From: an uncultured Micavibrio sp.
Lineage (GTDB): Bacteria; Pseudomonadota; Alphaproteobacteria; Micavibrionales; UBA2020
Direction: 5' to 3'
Length of the DNA: 64,000 nucleotides
Assembly (NCBI GenBank): GCA_964534445.1
Contig: CAZHOE010000001.1
Coordinates: forward strand, 38,493 to 102,492
Part shown: positions 18,036-28,708 of the stretch, piece by piece
Position numbering within the stretch: the stretch's first letter is position 1
Layout of the letters: each line of letters starts with the position of its first letter
Translations under genes and position numbers: made by a program
Notes under the pieces: model-generated
Told to the model about the DNA's origin: nothing
Database searches by the model: none
Seen by the model: the letters and a program-made list of their open reading frames with translations, nothing else

Positions 18036-20228
18036 ATGGCCGAATGCTGTCATCATGATCAGGCGGATAAAAAAGCAGCCTCCTTGCCAAAGGGTGTCGA
18101 TCCGCAGGACGTGACTTACACATGCCCTATGCACCCGGAAGTCGTGCAGCAAGGTCCTGGAAATTGCCCAAAATGCGGCATGGCTTTGGAACCTGTCGTA
18201 TCCACAGGAGATGAAGGCGAAAATCCGGAGCTCACAGATTTCAGGCGACGTTTTTGGCTGGGACTTGTTTTAACCTTGCCTGTTTTTGTGCTGGAGATGG
18301 GCGCGCACGTATTCAACATACATAAGTTTATTTCGCCGCAATTGTCAGTGTGGATTCAGCTGATATTCGCAACGCCTGTTGTTCTGTGGGCGGGGTTCCC
18401 GTTTTTTCAGCGGGGCTGGTCTTCCATTGTAAATCACAGTTTGAATATGTTTACGCTGATTGCTCTCGGCACCGGCGTTGCTTGGGGCTATAGCATGGTA
18501 GCGGCGTTGCTGCCCGGTATTTTTCCCGAGGCATTAAAGTCAGACGTGGGTATTGTACCTGTATATTTCGAGGCAGCGGCTGTGATTGTGGTGCTGGTGC
18601 TTTTGGGACAGGTTCTGGAATTGAAAGCGCGCGCACGCACGGGCGGTGCCATCAAGGCGTTGCTAGGGCTTGCGCCCAAAACGGCTTATCTGGTGGCGGG
18701 TGGCAATGAAACAAAAGAGATTGCGATCAATGACATCAATGTAGGCGATCTCCTGCGTATCCGCCCCGGAGATAAAATCCCTGTGGATGGGGTTGTTGTT
18801 GAAGGCACAAGCAGCATTGATGAGTCGATGGTAACGGGAGAACCCATGCCTGTTGAAAAAACAGACGGCGCTAAGGTTATCGGTGCCACAGTGAATGCAA
18901 ATGGATCTCTGATAATTCGCGCCGAAAAAGTCGGGCGGGATACGATGCTGTCGCAAATCGTCAAGATGGTTGCAGATGCACAACGCAGCCGTGCCCCCAT
19001 TCAACGTATGGCAGATAAGGTTGCCGGATGGTTTGTGCCGGTCGTTATGCTGGTGTCTTTACTTGCTTTCGCGGCATGGATGTTTTTTGGCCCGTCTCCT
19101 GCATTTAGTTATGCGCTGGTTGCTGCGGTCAGCGTTCTGATCATCGCTTGCCCTTGTGCGCTCGGGCTTGCAACGCCTATGTCAATTATGGTCGGCATTG
19201 GGCGCGGCTCGAAATCGGGCATTCTCATCAAGGATGCCGCCAGTCTCGAGATTCTGGAGAAAGTAGATACCTTGGTTGTCGATAAAACAGGCACGCTCAC
19301 GCAAGGTCGTCCGGCCTTGACCGAAGTTGTCAGTCTGGATGGCTTTAATGACAGTGATATTTTGACATTGTCCGCCGCCTTGGAAAAAGGCAGCGAACAC
19401 CCGCTGGCCGAAGCAATCCTACGCAGCGCAGAAGAAAAAGGCCTGGATTTACCCAAAGCATCGGATTTTGAATCCGTAACCGGCAAAGGTGTGCAAGGGC
19501 ATGTGAACGGAAAGTTGATTGCCCTTGGTAATAGTAAAATGATGGAAGCGGCCGGGGCAGATATTTCTGCCTTAAAAAAAGATGCCGAACGTTTGCAGTC
19601 GCAAGGAGCAACGGCAATGTTTTTGGCGGTCGATAAGCGGATCGCAGGGCTTATCGCCGTGTCCGATCCGATTAAGGATACAACAGAATCCGCTATTCGT
19701 GCATTGCATACGGCAGGGCTCCGGATCGTCATGTTGACAGGCGATAATGCGACAACAGCTAAAAGCGTCGCAGATAAGCTTGGCATAGACGAAGTGCATG
19801 CCGATGTCCTGCCGGAAGAAAAGAGCAAGATTGTCAAGCAGTTGCGTAAGGGTGGCGCGATTGTTGCGATGGTAGGGGATGGTGTCAACGATGCTCCCGC
19901 ACTGGCGGCCGCACATGTAGGCATTGCCATGGGCACGGGCACGGATGTTGCCATGGAAAGTGCGGGCCTTACTCTTTTAAAAGGTGACCTGAACGGTATT
20001 GTCGGTGCCATTCGTTTATCGCGTGCAACAATGCGCAACATTCGGCAAAATTTGTTTTTTGCGTTTGCTTATAACGCGGCTGGCGTACCGATTGCGGCAG
20101 GTCTTCTTTATCCATTTTTTGGCATTTTGCTTTCGCCTATGATTGCAGCAGCGGCAATGTCTTTATCTTCTGTTAGTGTTGTGGCAAATGCGCTGAGGCT
20201 TGGCGTTATCGTTAATAGCGAGACCTAA
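18036..20228 (+). CDS. copA: copper-translocating P1B-type ATPase
   Basis: CPC motif ([13 protein letters not shown]), DKTGTLT and GDGVNDAP. N-terminal CCHHD and [15 protein letters not shown] metal-binding module. Confidence 0.95.
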   Translation: MAECCHHDQADKKAASLPKGVDPQDVTYTCPMHPEVVQQGPGNCPKCGMALEPVVSTGDEGENPELTDFRRRFWLGLVLTLPVFVLEMGAHVFNIHKFISPQLSVWIQLIFATPVVLWAGFPFFQRGWSSIVNHSLNMFTLIALGTGVAWGYSMVAALLPGIFPEALKSDVGIVPVYFEAAAVIVVLVLLGQVLELKARARTGGAIKALLGLAPKTAYLVAGGNETKEIAINDINVGDLLRIRPGDKIPVDGVVVEGTSSIDESMVTGEPMPVEKTDGAKVIGATVNANGSLIIRAEKVGRDTMLSQIVKMVADAQRSRAPIQRMADKVAGWFVPVVMLVSLLAFAAWMFFGPSPAFSYALVAAVSVLIIACPCALGLATPMSIMVGIGRGSKSGILIKDAASLEILEKVDTLVVDKTGTLTQGRPALTEVVSLDGFNDSDILTLSAALEKGSEHPLAEAILRSAEEKGLDLPKASDFESVTGKGVQGHVNGKLIALGNSKMMEAAGADISALKKDAERLQSQGATAMFLAVDKRIAGLIAVSDPIKDTTESAIRALHTAGLRIVMLTGDNATTAKSVADKLGIDEVHADVLPEEKSKIVKQLRKGGAIVAMVGDGVNDAPALAAAHVGIAMGTGTDVAMESAGLTLLKGDLNGIVGAIRLSRATMRNIRQNLFFAFAYNAAGVPIAAGLLYPFFGILLSPMIAAAAMSLSSVSVVANALRLGVIVNSET

Positions 20229-20502
20229 ACGGCTCTTCGGATGCGGCGTTCGGGCTAGACCGCAAATTTCTATCTGCTAAAATCGGGCGCTGGTTGCTCT
20301 ATACCGAACGGTAGTTCCGGCTATTCTTTTATGTGAGCCGGATGGTACCGGACCCGATGTCGCTACCGTTAAAGTATGACGCCTTTACCTCCTTCAGAGG
20401 GGGGGTAGGAAAGGGCTGCGATAATTCGCGCGGACTCCCACTTTATTGCAAGAGCGCAGTTATCATATCAAAGGAACATAGTCATTACGGCATTGATATG
20501 GG

Positions 20503-21405
20503 CTATATATAATCAGTAAGTGTTAATTGCAGGATTTTTGTTGAAATAGAGTAAGAGGCTTCAATCTGGGTTTCCAGATTTGTTAGTCTTACTAAAACTT
20601 CAGCGAGATCGACTTCTTTGATATCGCTGATTAATCCATCTAGTGTATTCAGTTCCTCTGTATTTTTGGTGATCTTATTATCTACCAGTGTTGCTTTGGA
20701 AGAAATATCGCTTAGCATGTTTGACATCTTGTCCAGGCTCTCGTCTAGCAAGCCGTAGGCTTCCTCCAGCGCAGCGGAATCCGACGAATTATTCAAGACA
20801 AGATTTAATGCACGCAACGCTTCTTCAAATGCCGGATTGTCCGCAGTGATGCCATATTTAAGGCTTGTATTCTCACTGATTTTCACGCTTTGTATATAAT
20901 CTCCGCCTTGGTAGTAGTCTGTATCTGCTGTTGAGCCGACCGTTGCGCTGCTGTAGTCTGCATCGCTCAGGTCTACAGGTATCGTATTTGTCGCTCCACC
21001 GCTAAACAAGTAATTGCCAGCCAATTGCGTGTTGAGTAGCGCGGCCAGCTCCGCCTGCGTACTTTCTGCATCTGCAGCAATCGTGCCATCGTCGGAGGCG
21101 CTTCCCATAGAGCTGCTTAAGGATGTTTTAAACGATGACATAAGTTCAATCATCGATTGGACAGATGAATACATACTATTCAATCGATCAAGGGCTGTCT
21201 GGTTTGCTTCTGAATTACTGGCAAGTTCACTATATTCTGTTTCAAGCGTCAGAAGTTTTTGTGTGGAACTGGATATACCTTGGTAGCTGGAAGATTTTAA
21301 TCCAGAAGATTCCTGCTCCACGCCCTTGGCATATTCACTTTGAAGGCGCATAAGGCTCCTGTTGATGGATACGCTTGTTGCATATGTTGCAATCCGATCT
21401 ACCAT
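20503..21405 (-). CDS. flgL: flagellar hook-associated protein 3 FlgL
   Basis: Flagellin-like N-terminus MVDRIATYATSVSINRSLMRLQSEY. Immediately downstream of flgK. Confidence 0.8.
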   Translation of the reverse strand: MVDRIATYATSVSINRSLMRLQSEYAKGVEQESSGLKSSSYQGISSSTQKLLTLETEYSELASNSEANQTALDRLNSMYSSVQSMIELMSSFKTSLSSSMGSASDDGTIAADAESTQAELAALLNTQLAGNYLFSGGATNTIPVDLSDADYSSATVGSTADTDYYQGGDYIQSVKISENTSLKYGITADNPAFEEALRALNLVLNNSSDSAALEEAYGLLDESLDKMSNMLSDISSKATLVDNKITKNTEELNTLDGLISDIKEVDLAEVLVRLTNLETQIEASYSISTKILQLTLTDYI

Positions 21406-21420
21406 TTTCTATACCTACTG

Positions 21421-23151
21421 TTAATTAACTGCGTCGAGCAAGCTATCGAACATATCCTGAACGGTCTGCAGCAGTGTTGCGGCTGCCTGATATTGGTTTT
21501 CAAGTGTTGTTAGCCGGATGGTTTCTTCGTCAATATTGACGCCCTGGCTGTTGTCAAGAAGGTCTTTTGTTTGGTTGTATACCGAAATGGCCACGTCACT
21601 ATTGCTTTCTGCTGTGGAGGCGCGTACCGCGATATCGGATACAATCTGCCCGGCATATGTCAGAATATCTGTCGTGCGTGCGCCAAAGTTTCCTGCTGCT
21701 GAAAAGCTTGTATTGTTATCTAATACGCTAGATAAGGCTGTTGCCGTGGTGCCATCACCAACGAGCGTGCCAGCGTCGCCGACGCTTAGTGCGGAATCTG
21801 CCGAAAGGTAGGAAGTACTCAGGTAATCAGCGTTATCCTGCAAATAGTCACTGACGCTAAGGCTTGCTGCCGTCGTGCCTGAGAGCAGGTTATTAAAACC
21901 GAACGAGGCTGAAAACCCCTGACCATTTATGCTACTGTCCATTTCGTTAATCGCGATGCCCATGTCGGTGTTGTCTGCAGAAATAACGAGTGCCCCGTCA
22001 CTGTTGAAGCTTGCGGATATGCCGCTAATGCCCTCAATTGCGGCGGCAAGATCATCGTATGTGCTATATGTACTCAAATCCAGATCGGCATAGGATTGTA
22101 CTGTACCAGTTGCATCAACAACGGCAATTCGCACGGTGCCGGTTGCGTTCAAGGCATCACTGGTATTCGCAATAAGTGTTTCGGCGGTCAAGATAGAGCG
22201 AGCCGGATAGGCTGTACCGCTATTGCTAACGCTGTTTATCGCTTCCGCGACAGTGCTGGCGAGTTCATCCAGTTTTTCTTGCTCTTCAACAAGATAAACA
22301 TCACGTATTTGAATGAGGCCACCAAGTGTGCCGCCGGAAAGGCTCTCGGTAATATCCTGCCCGTTCAGGTATATGCCAGATAACGAACCGGGGTATGTTG
22401 TTTGGTCATTGACTGTATACGTCGCATCAAAAGAAATCGTATGTGCCTGTGAATCCAGTAGGGTTTGACCGGAAGAGGTATAAATCCTCAGCTCGTTATT
22501 GCTTGTAAAATAATAATTCACATCTGTCATTTCCGACAGTTCTAGCAGTTTAGCCATTCGCTCGTCTTCCAGATCTGCGGTGCTGGCGCCTTGAGCGGAA
22601 AGCGTGGAAATGCTGTCGTTAAGCGTTTTTAAAGTCTCTAGCGTATCATTGATATCGTTAACAACTGTTGCAATTTCCTGATCAGCCTGTTGTCTGTATG
22701 TTTGCAATGTATCAGACATACTATTCAGGCTATCGGTAAATGTAATTGCGGCGTTTACAACTTCTGTTTTTACGCTGTTCTCTTCCGGGCTGGCAGCAAG
22801 CTGTTCGAGCGCTGATTGTAAGCTGTTGAGTGTGCTGCTAATTGAGCTGCTACTATCGGTGCTGCCTGTAGCGCTACTATAGAGAGAAAGATACTCCTCA
22901 ATTTTCCCGTAGAAGGCGGATTCACTGTAATCACTGATGGCGGCAGAGTAAAGGCTGGATGAAATGCTGCCAACCGTTATGCCTCCGCTGGGGCTGGTGA
23001 CGCCATTGCCGGTAATATAGGATGTTTCATAGGTTTTTGTCGTATAGCCTGCCTTATCCGCATTGGTTACGTTTGAGGAAACGGTCGACATTTGCGCCGA
23101 TATGTTTTTCAGGCTTGCAGATGTTGTATATAGCGACGTGGTTAATGACAT
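21421..23151 (-). CDS. flgK: flagellar hook-associated protein 1 FlgK
   Basis: N-terminus MSLTTSLYTTSASLKNISAQMSTVSSNVTNADKAGYT and C-terminus ..TLLQTVQDMFDSLLDAVN. Confidence 0.85.
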   Translation of the reverse strand: MSLTTSLYTTSASLKNISAQMSTVSSNVTNADKAGYTTKTYETSYITGNGVTSPSGGITVGSISSSLYSAAISDYSESAFYGKIEEYLSLYSSATGSTDSSSSISSTLNSLQSALEQLAASPEENSVKTEVVNAAITFTDSLNSMSDTLQTYRQQADQEIATVVNDINDTLETLKTLNDSISTLSAQGASTADLEDERMAKLLELSEMTDVNYYFTSNNELRIYTSSGQTLLDSQAHTISFDATYTVNDQTTYPGSLSGIYLNGQDITESLSGGTLGGLIQIRDVYLVEEQEKLDELASTVAEAINSVSNSGTAYPARSILTAETLIANTSDALNATGTVRIAVVDATGTVQSYADLDLSTYSTYDDLAAAIEGISGISASFNSDGALVISADNTDMGIAINEMDSSINGQGFSASFGFNNLLSGTTAASLSVSDYLQDNADYLSTSYLSADSALSVGDAGTLVGDGTTATALSSVLDNNTSFSAAGNFGARTTDILTYAGQIVSDIAVRASTAESNSDVAISVYNQTKDLLDNSQGVNIDEETIRLTTLENQYQAAATLLQTVQDMFDSLLDAVN

Positions 23152-23558
23152 GTAACGGCCTCGTTATCTTCTTGCGTGGAGGCGGCATAAATCTTGCCTT
23201 TAATACTCTCGATCCGTTTGGATCTGTTTTGCAAATCATTGACAAGCAAAGACGTATTAATTTTGAAAAGTTTTCTGAGAACATTTACTTCGCTGATCAA
23301 GTAGAGGCGCAGCCAAGTGTTTCTGGGGGCATGTTTTTCTACCAGTGGGAATATTGTTTTTGCGTCTTCTTCAAAGCGCTTTACCAAGGTGTTCTTTAAA
23401 TGAAATTGTTCATCAACCGTAAAGGTTTGATTATGCAGAAAATTTTCATTTTCGGTGCTGATAATGATAGAAATTTCCCGGCAAAGATCGATAAAGCATT
23501 CGATCTTGGAAACGACATTCATGGGTATATCCTTGATGATGGCTTCTGGCAGTCTCAT
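23142..23558 (-). CDS. hypothetical helical protein, possibly a FlgN-like export chaperone
   Basis: Sits directly upstream of flgK, overlapping it by 10 nt. Helical, with no diagnostic motif. Confidence 0.35.
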   Translation of the reverse strand: MRLPEAIIKDIPMNVVSKIECFIDLCREISIIISTENENFLHNQTFTVDEQFHLKNTLVKRFEEDAKTIFPLVEKHAPRNTWLRLYLISEVNVLRKLFKINTSLLVNDLQNRSKRIESIKGKIYAASTQEDNEAVTCH

Positions 23559-23884
23559 TCATGTTCTCCATTGCGGGTTGATTTTTTAGAGGCGCGGGGC
23601 GCTAGGGAGGTTTGTTTCGCATAGGCTCGGCAGGCGTTGTTATGCTCTTCGATCTGTTGCATATCTTGTTCGATCTTATCCAGATCTCTTAAAAGCTGAT
23701 CTCTCCAAGTGAAAAGTGTCTTGGTAAGATCTTTGAGCAGTTTTTTGACCTCGGCATCCTCGCGGGCCAGATCTTTTAGGGAAGAAAGGCGCTCTCTCTT
23801 TTCGCTGAGCGGGATGATGTTCCGAGCAAGGTCTCCATCCTGGCTCCGGTTGATTTTTTTTATCATGCTTAAAACGTCTTGCAT
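23555..23884 (-). CDS. hypothetical coiled-coil protein of the flagellar cluster
   Basis: 109 aa, charged and helical. ATGA overlap with the next ORF. Lies between flgE and flgK. Confidence 0.35.
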   Translation of the reverse strand: MQDVLSMIKKINRSQDGDLARNIIPLSEKRERLSSLKDLAREDAEVKKLLKDLTKTLFTWRDQLLRDLDKIEQDMQQIEEHNNACRAYAKQTSLAPRASKKSTRNGEHE

Positions 23885-23888
23885 GTGA

Positions 23889-25160
23889 TTACCTTGTGGC
23901 GCTGATTAGGGTGTCAAACATTTCTGTGGTCGTTGTAATGACTTGCGATGCGGCAGAATAAGCCTGCTGTGCAATAATCATTCTGCTGAATTCATCGGCC
24001 GTGTCTGTGGTAGAAAGCTCCAGGGCGCTGCTCGTGATACTGCCTGCCGAGCCGTCTCCGGGATTGTTAAGTGTTACGCTACCGGCGGCTTCGTTCTCGT
24101 CATAGATTGTTCCGTTGACCTGCGTCAGACCATTCGGGTTAGAAAAGGTTGCAATCTGGAGCTGGTAGAGCGCAATACTCATACCGTTCGTGAAAGATGC
24201 GCTGACAAGGCCGTCATCGCTGATATCAATGCTACTCAACTCGCCATAAGTCATGCCGTCCTGTGTTGCAGTGAAGTCGTCGATCTGTGGCGTGTCGGCG
24301 TTTGATGCATATTGTGTAACGTTTTCAACGTTCAACGCAAAGGTGCTATCTGCACCGCCAGTAGATAGCCCGCTGATGGAGATTTCTAGCGGGTCTGGCG
24401 TAGTCGTGGCAAGGCTGCCATCGGTATTAAATGTCAGGGTCAGTGTGTTGGGGGAGATTGTTCCGCTGCTTGAGCCAGATGAGTTTGTCTGGTACGGATC
24501 ATCTAATGATACTTCCCATTCATTTTCATTGGTGGTTGATTTTGTCCAAGTCATGCCGACCGTATGGCTTACGCCAAGGCTGTCAATGACTTCATAAGAT
24601 GTCGTATAGGTGGAGCCGTCCTCGGCATCGGCAGGTAAGTTCGCGTTGAGGCTGACTTCTGTCGTGGCTTTGGCCGTACCGGAAATTTCATTCACGTCGA
24701 TCAGTTCAAGGGAACTGAGCCCGCTTGCCGTAGACAGTACATTTCCCTCCGCGTCTGTTGGCTGTCCCATAAGATAATAGCCTTCACTGTTGACCAGATA
24801 GCCATCTGCATCTGTCGAGAAGCTACCATTGCGCGTGTAGTTATAATCAGTGGAGGTTGTATCATCCGTGCTGCCTGTCACCACGAAGAAGCCATCACCA
24901 CTGATGGCAAGGTTGGTGTTGACGTCGGTTGCCGAGACCGAGCCCTGGCTGTACATGTTCTGGAAGATGCTATAGGTCACACTACCGGAAGCGCCAGAAG
25001 TAGTTCCACCTGCGCCAGTTACAAGGGATTGGAACGAGACATCGCTTGTTTTATATGCCGTGGTGCTGGCATTGGCGATGTTTTGGGATACGGACGAGAT
25101 AGCGGCGCTTTGCGCGGACAATGCAGAGACTGCTGTATTCAGGGCACTTCCTAAGCTCAT
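23889..25160 (-). CDS. flgE: flagellar hook protein FlgE
   Basis: N-terminus MSLGSALNTAVSALSAQSAAISSVSQNIANASTTAYK. C-terminus MIIAQQAYSAASQVITTTTEMFDTLISATR. Confidence 0.9.
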   Translation of the reverse strand: MSLGSALNTAVSALSAQSAAISSVSQNIANASTTAYKTSDVSFQSLVTGAGGTTSGASGSVTYSIFQNMYSQGSVSATDVNTNLAISGDGFFVVTGSTDDTTSTDYNYTRNGSFSTDADGYLVNSEGYYLMGQPTDAEGNVLSTASGLSSLELIDVNEISGTAKATTEVSLNANLPADAEDGSTYTTSYEVIDSLGVSHTVGMTWTKSTTNENEWEVSLDDPYQTNSSGSSSGTISPNTLTLTFNTDGSLATTTPDPLEISISGLSTGGADSTFALNVENVTQYASNADTPQIDDFTATQDGMTYGELSSIDISDDGLVSASFTNGMSIALYQLQIATFSNPNGLTQVNGTIYDENEAAGSVTLNNPGDGSAGSITSSALELSTTDTADEFSRMIIAQQAYSAASQVITTTTEMFDTLISATR

Positions 25161-25190
25161 GACTTTACTCCTTAAAATATAGAGGTCTTT

Positions 25191-25889
25191 TTAGGACCCT
25201 TGGTAAATTGTTGTGACCTCGTTGGACGAAAAGCTGTAATCACCTGCTTGCAGGGTAATATTGCCCGAGCTATCCGTTTCGATGGTTTCAACTTTCATTT
25301 TTGCGGAAATGTCGGTTGCGACTTCATTACCATCTGCGTCTGAGGCAGCGAGAACGAGTGTCAATGCATCGCCATTTTCCAACCCTTCGTAGTCGTCAGC
25401 ATTTAGGGTAAATTCATATGTACCGGCAGAGGTGCTGCCCATATCAATCGTGTCGATAACATTACCGTTTTGATCCTGCACTTGCAGGGTCAGGTCGCTG
25501 GCGCTTTCTTCCAGAGCATATGTCCAGGTTGCAGAGCCTTCTTGGATCACGGATGAGCTGCTCTCCACATCAACGGTGGCACCCATAAAACTTAAAGCGG
25601 AAAAACTGGATGAGCTGCTGACTGCGGAGGTCAATTCATCAAGCTTTTCATTCGTCTCGATTTGCTGCTCTAGAGAAGAATAAGAAACCAGCTGATTGGT
25701 AAACTCTGTCGTATCGACTGGTTCCAGGGGATCTTGGTTTTCTAATTGTGTCAGCAGAAGCTTCAAAAACATTTCCTTGGTTTCGGCAGCTTCTTCTGCA
25801 GCAGTACTTGTTGTCGTGCTCGACGCCGCAGAGGCTTGGGAACTGGCAAGGCTGGTTTGGCTAGATACGAGTGATATGTCATAAGACAT
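25191..25889 (-). CDS. flgD: flagellar hook capping/assembly protein FlgD
   Basis: MFLKLLLTQLENQDPLEPVDTTEFTNQLVSYSSLEQ. Confidence 0.9.
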   Translation of the reverse strand: MSYDISLVSSQTSLASSQASAASSTTTSTAAEEAAETKEMFLKLLLTQLENQDPLEPVDTTEFTNQLVSYSSLEQQIETNEKLDELTSAVSSSSSFSALSFMGATVDVESSSSVIQEGSATWTYALEESASDLTLQVQDQNGNVIDTIDMGSTSAGTYEFTLNADDYEGLENGDALTLVLAASDADGNEVATDISAKMKVETIETDSSGNITLQAGDYSFSSNEVTTIYQGS

Positions 25890-25959
25890 GCGTCTTCTCC
25901 TAAGGTCTATGCAGCATGTTTGGCTGCGTTAACCTTTCACACGGGACAGGTATAGCTTT

Positions 25960-25993
25960 GGGGCGCAGAAAAAAACTTTTTTTCGTGCGCCCC
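25960..25993. other. long palindrome GGGGCGCAG-A7-C-T7-CGTGCGCCCC in the divergent flagellar promoter region
   Basis: GC clamp GGGGCGCA/TGCGCCCC plus A7:T7 pairing. Lies between flgD (-) and fliC (+). Confidence 0.4.
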
Positions 25994-26065
25994 ATTGTCA
26001 TAGGCGATGCGTGTAAGAGGGTATGGAGGGGATTCATCCTCTTGGGCGCATCTCCTTTACAGGTG

Positions 26066-26081
26066 TTAACGTTTTGTTAAC
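26066..26081 (+). promoter_or_regulatory. CtrA box TTAA-N7-TTAAC upstream of fliC
   Basis: TTAACGTTTTGTTAAC, about 40 nt upstream of the fliC ATG. Confidence 0.5.
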
Positions 26082-26118
26082 GTCCTGCACACGTAACAGG
26101 TATGAAAGGGAAAATGCT

Positions 26119-26937
26119 ATGCCAGTTATTGCAACAAACACGGCAGCAAATACGGCTTTGCTGTACTTGAACAAAAACTCAGAAGCACAAAGTGACTCGC
26201 TTGCGAAACTTTCCAGCGGTTCTAATATCGTGAAAGCATCCGATGATGCGGCGGGTCTTGCCGTATCGACGCGCTTGCAATCCGATATTACAGTATTGGA
26301 GCAATCCTCTAAAAACGCAACGCAAGCACAATCCGTTCTTAATACAGCAGATGGTGCGTTGTCGAACGCAGCTGATATTCTTCAGCGTATGAAGTCTCTG
26401 GCTGCGCAGGCGCAATCCGGTTCTGTAGACGCTGATTCCCGTGCATATATCGATGCGGAATATCAGCAACTAGTTGAGGAATTGGACGCAATTTCAACCT
26501 CTACCCGCTTTAATGGTACGAATCTTTTAGATGGTACGTACAATGAAACATATCTTGTCGGTACGGATGCCGCGACCGATAGTATTGATGTGGATCTGAG
26601 TGGGGTTGACGTATCAAGTACCACATTGGGTGTGACGGGCGATCTGACGACATCTGCGAACGCGGAAACCGAATCTGCAGCGATTGATACGGCACTCGAT
26701 TTGATCTCCGCAGCCCGTGCCGATGTTGGCGCGCTTGGATCTCGTTTCGACTTCCGTAGCGATATCATCAATACGTCCATTGAGAATCTGGAAGCCGCCA
26801 AGTCTTCCATAGTGGATGTTGATATTGCCTCCGAGCAGACCAACTATACCAACGCCCAGGTTCTGACGGAAACGGCGATCGCGGCGTTGTCTCAAGCGAA
26901 CGACATGAAAACGTCTCTCTTGAACCTTGTCAAGTAA
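26119..26937 (+). CDS. fliC: flagellin
   Basis: The ATG at 26119 follows AAGGGA. N-terminus MPVIATNTAANTALLYLNKNSEAQSDSLAKLSSGSNIVKASDDAAGLAV. C-terminus ..LSQANDMKTSLLNLVK. Confidence 0.9.
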   Translation: MPVIATNTAANTALLYLNKNSEAQSDSLAKLSSGSNIVKASDDAAGLAVSTRLQSDITVLEQSSKNATQAQSVLNTADGALSNAADILQRMKSLAAQAQSGSVDADSRAYIDAEYQQLVEELDAISTSTRFNGTNLLDGTYNETYLVGTDAATDSIDVDLSGVDVSSTTLGVTGDLTTSANAETESAAIDTALDLISAARADVGALGSRFDFRSDIINTSIENLEAAKSSIVDVDIASEQTNYTNAQVLTETAIAALSQANDMKTSLLNLVK

Positions 26938-26941
26938 ACGC

Positions 26942-26982
26942 AACCCTGAGGGCGCATCTTGTGGCCCTCAGGGTTCTTCTTT
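26942..26982 (+). terminator. intrinsic terminator after fliC
   Basis: 12-bp stem AACCCTGAGGGC/GCCCTCAGGGTT followed by CTTCTTT. Confidence 0.7.
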
Positions 26983-26998
26983 GTAAGAGAGACAGGAA

Positions 26999-28708
26999 AT
27001 GGCTGAAACAATTTCAACGGGAAGTGTTGCGCAAACGGGTAGTCGTACATATATTGTGGGGACGGCATCAGGTATTGATACGACGGCGTTGGTTGATGCC
27101 GCATACGCGCAAAAGACGGCTGTCGCTGATAGTATTGACGTAAAAATATCTGATAATACCGATAAAATATCCGCCTATACAGACTTGCAAAGTCTGACGG
27201 AAAGCCTCCAGGCTTCGTTGGAAAGTTTGAAGTCCTATTACGGAACTACGACGGCCGATGAAAGCATCTATGATACGAAGATGGCTTATATCGCGACCTC
27301 CGATTCAAGTGTTAACACAGATAATCTCCTATCAATGTCCGTCGATGATGATGCGGAAAATGGATCGTATCAGGTAACAATTGAGCAAGTCGCAACGGTG
27401 ATGAAGGTTGCGTCTAACAGCCAAACTTCAAAAACAGATGCTTTGGGGATTGAAGGGGATTTTGCGATTGGTCTGGGGGACGGAGAGAGCGTCACGGTTA
27501 CGGTTTCTGCGGATCAGTCACTTGAGGATATCGTTTCGAGCATTAACGCACTCACAGAAGATTCTGGCGTTTCCGCCTCCATTATTAAGACAGGAGATTC
27601 TTCCTACAGCCTTGTTTTGGCAGGCCAGAATACAGCAGAAGAAATTAGCTATGAAAGTCTTTCCGGAGATGATGTTTTCTCCGCAATCGGGTTGATCGAT
27701 GAAACTGGAAGCTTTGTCAATGTTACGCAAGCCGCGCAGGAGGCGATTATCACGATCGACGGGTTGCAGGTAACAAGCTCCACAAATGTGATAGAGGATG
27801 CGATTGAAGGGGTTACGTTTTCCCTGGTAGGCGCGAGCCCTGGTACAACGATGACGCTGGATATCGATTACGATTATAGTGGCCTGAAGGACGCAATCAC
27901 GTCTTTTGTGGAGGCCTATAACGCCCTCAGGGAATTTGTCATCAACCAGTCGTCGATGACGACGGATGAAGAGACCGGCGAAACGGAAACAGCAACGCTG
28001 TTTTCGGATACCATCATGAAATCCCTTTCCAACGAGCTTTCCAATATCGTTTCTACATTATACGCCTCCGGCAGTTTGTCGACTTTGGCGAATATCGGCA
28101 TTACATATGATGAAAATAACTATCTTGAGATTTCGGACGAAACAGCCTTGAACAACGCGCTTTTATCAAACTATGAAGATGTTCAGGCACTGTTTCAAAC
28201 AAGTGTTGAAATCAGCAGTGATAGTTTGTCTGTTTTAAGGAACGAGACGTCATCGGACAGCCTGAGTTTTGTGCTGGATATCGAAGTAGATGATACGGGG
28301 GCGATCACGTCAGTGTCTGTCAACGGTGATGAGAATGCCTTTACGGTCAGTGGTACGCGTCTTATCGGGCAGACCGGAACGGTATATGAAGGCCTGACAC
28401 TTGTATACTCCGGAACGGAGAGTGCTTCTGTGAGCGTGGAGGTGACCCAAGGTCTGGCAGATCGCCTTTATAATGCCATGGAAGCTTATACGTCCGACAC
28501 AGATGGTGTGATCCAAGGTGCCATCGAGGATCTGGATGGGCGTAATTCCACCTTGGAGACGGAAGCCAGCCGGATACGCGAACGGGCGGATGCCTATCGC
28601 GAAAAACTTATTGAGAAATATGCCGCCATGGAAAGTAATATTAGTGCCGCAGAGCTATTGTTAAAGCAGGTGCAAGCTATTTTGGGGACAGGTGATGATG
28701 ACGACTAA
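26999..28708 (+). CDS. fliD: flagellar filament cap protein FliD
   Basis: The N-terminal and C-terminal coiled coils (..EKYAAMESNISAAELLLKQVQAIL) and the position between fliC and fliS fit FliD. Confidence 0.85.
   Translation: MAETISTGSVAQTGSRTYIVGTASGIDTTALVDAAYAQKTAVADSIDVKISDNTDKISAYTDLQSLTESLQASLESLKSYYGTTTADESIYDTKMAYIATSDSSVNTDNLLSMSVDDDAENGSYQVTIEQVATVMKVASNSQTSKTDALGIEGDFAIGLGDGESVTVTVSADQSLEDIVSSINALTEDSGVSASIIKTGDSSYSLVLAGQNTAEEISYESLSGDDVFSAIGLIDETGSFVNVTQAAQEAIITIDGLQVTSSTNVIEDAIEGVTFSLVGASPGTTMTLDIDYDYSGLKDAITSFVEAYNALREFVINQSSMTTDEETGETETATLFSDTIMKSLSNELSNIVSTLYASGSLSTLANIGITYDENNYLEISDETALNNALLSNYEDVQALFQTSVEISSDSLSVLRNETSSDSLSFVLDIEVDDTGAITSVSVNGDENAFTVSGTRLIGQTGTVYEGLTLVYSGTESASVSVEVTQGLADRLYNAMEAYTSDTDGVIQGAIEDLDGRNSTLETEASRIRERADAYREKLIEKYAAMESNISAAELLLKQVQAILGTGDDDD

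Noticed and set aside
25890-26118. Searched the divergent flagellar control region for a sigma-28 (TAAA-N15-GCCGATAA) or sigma-54 (TGGCAC-N5-TTGC) promoter.
   Set aside because: No acceptable match on either strand. Only the CtrA box and the palindrome stand out.
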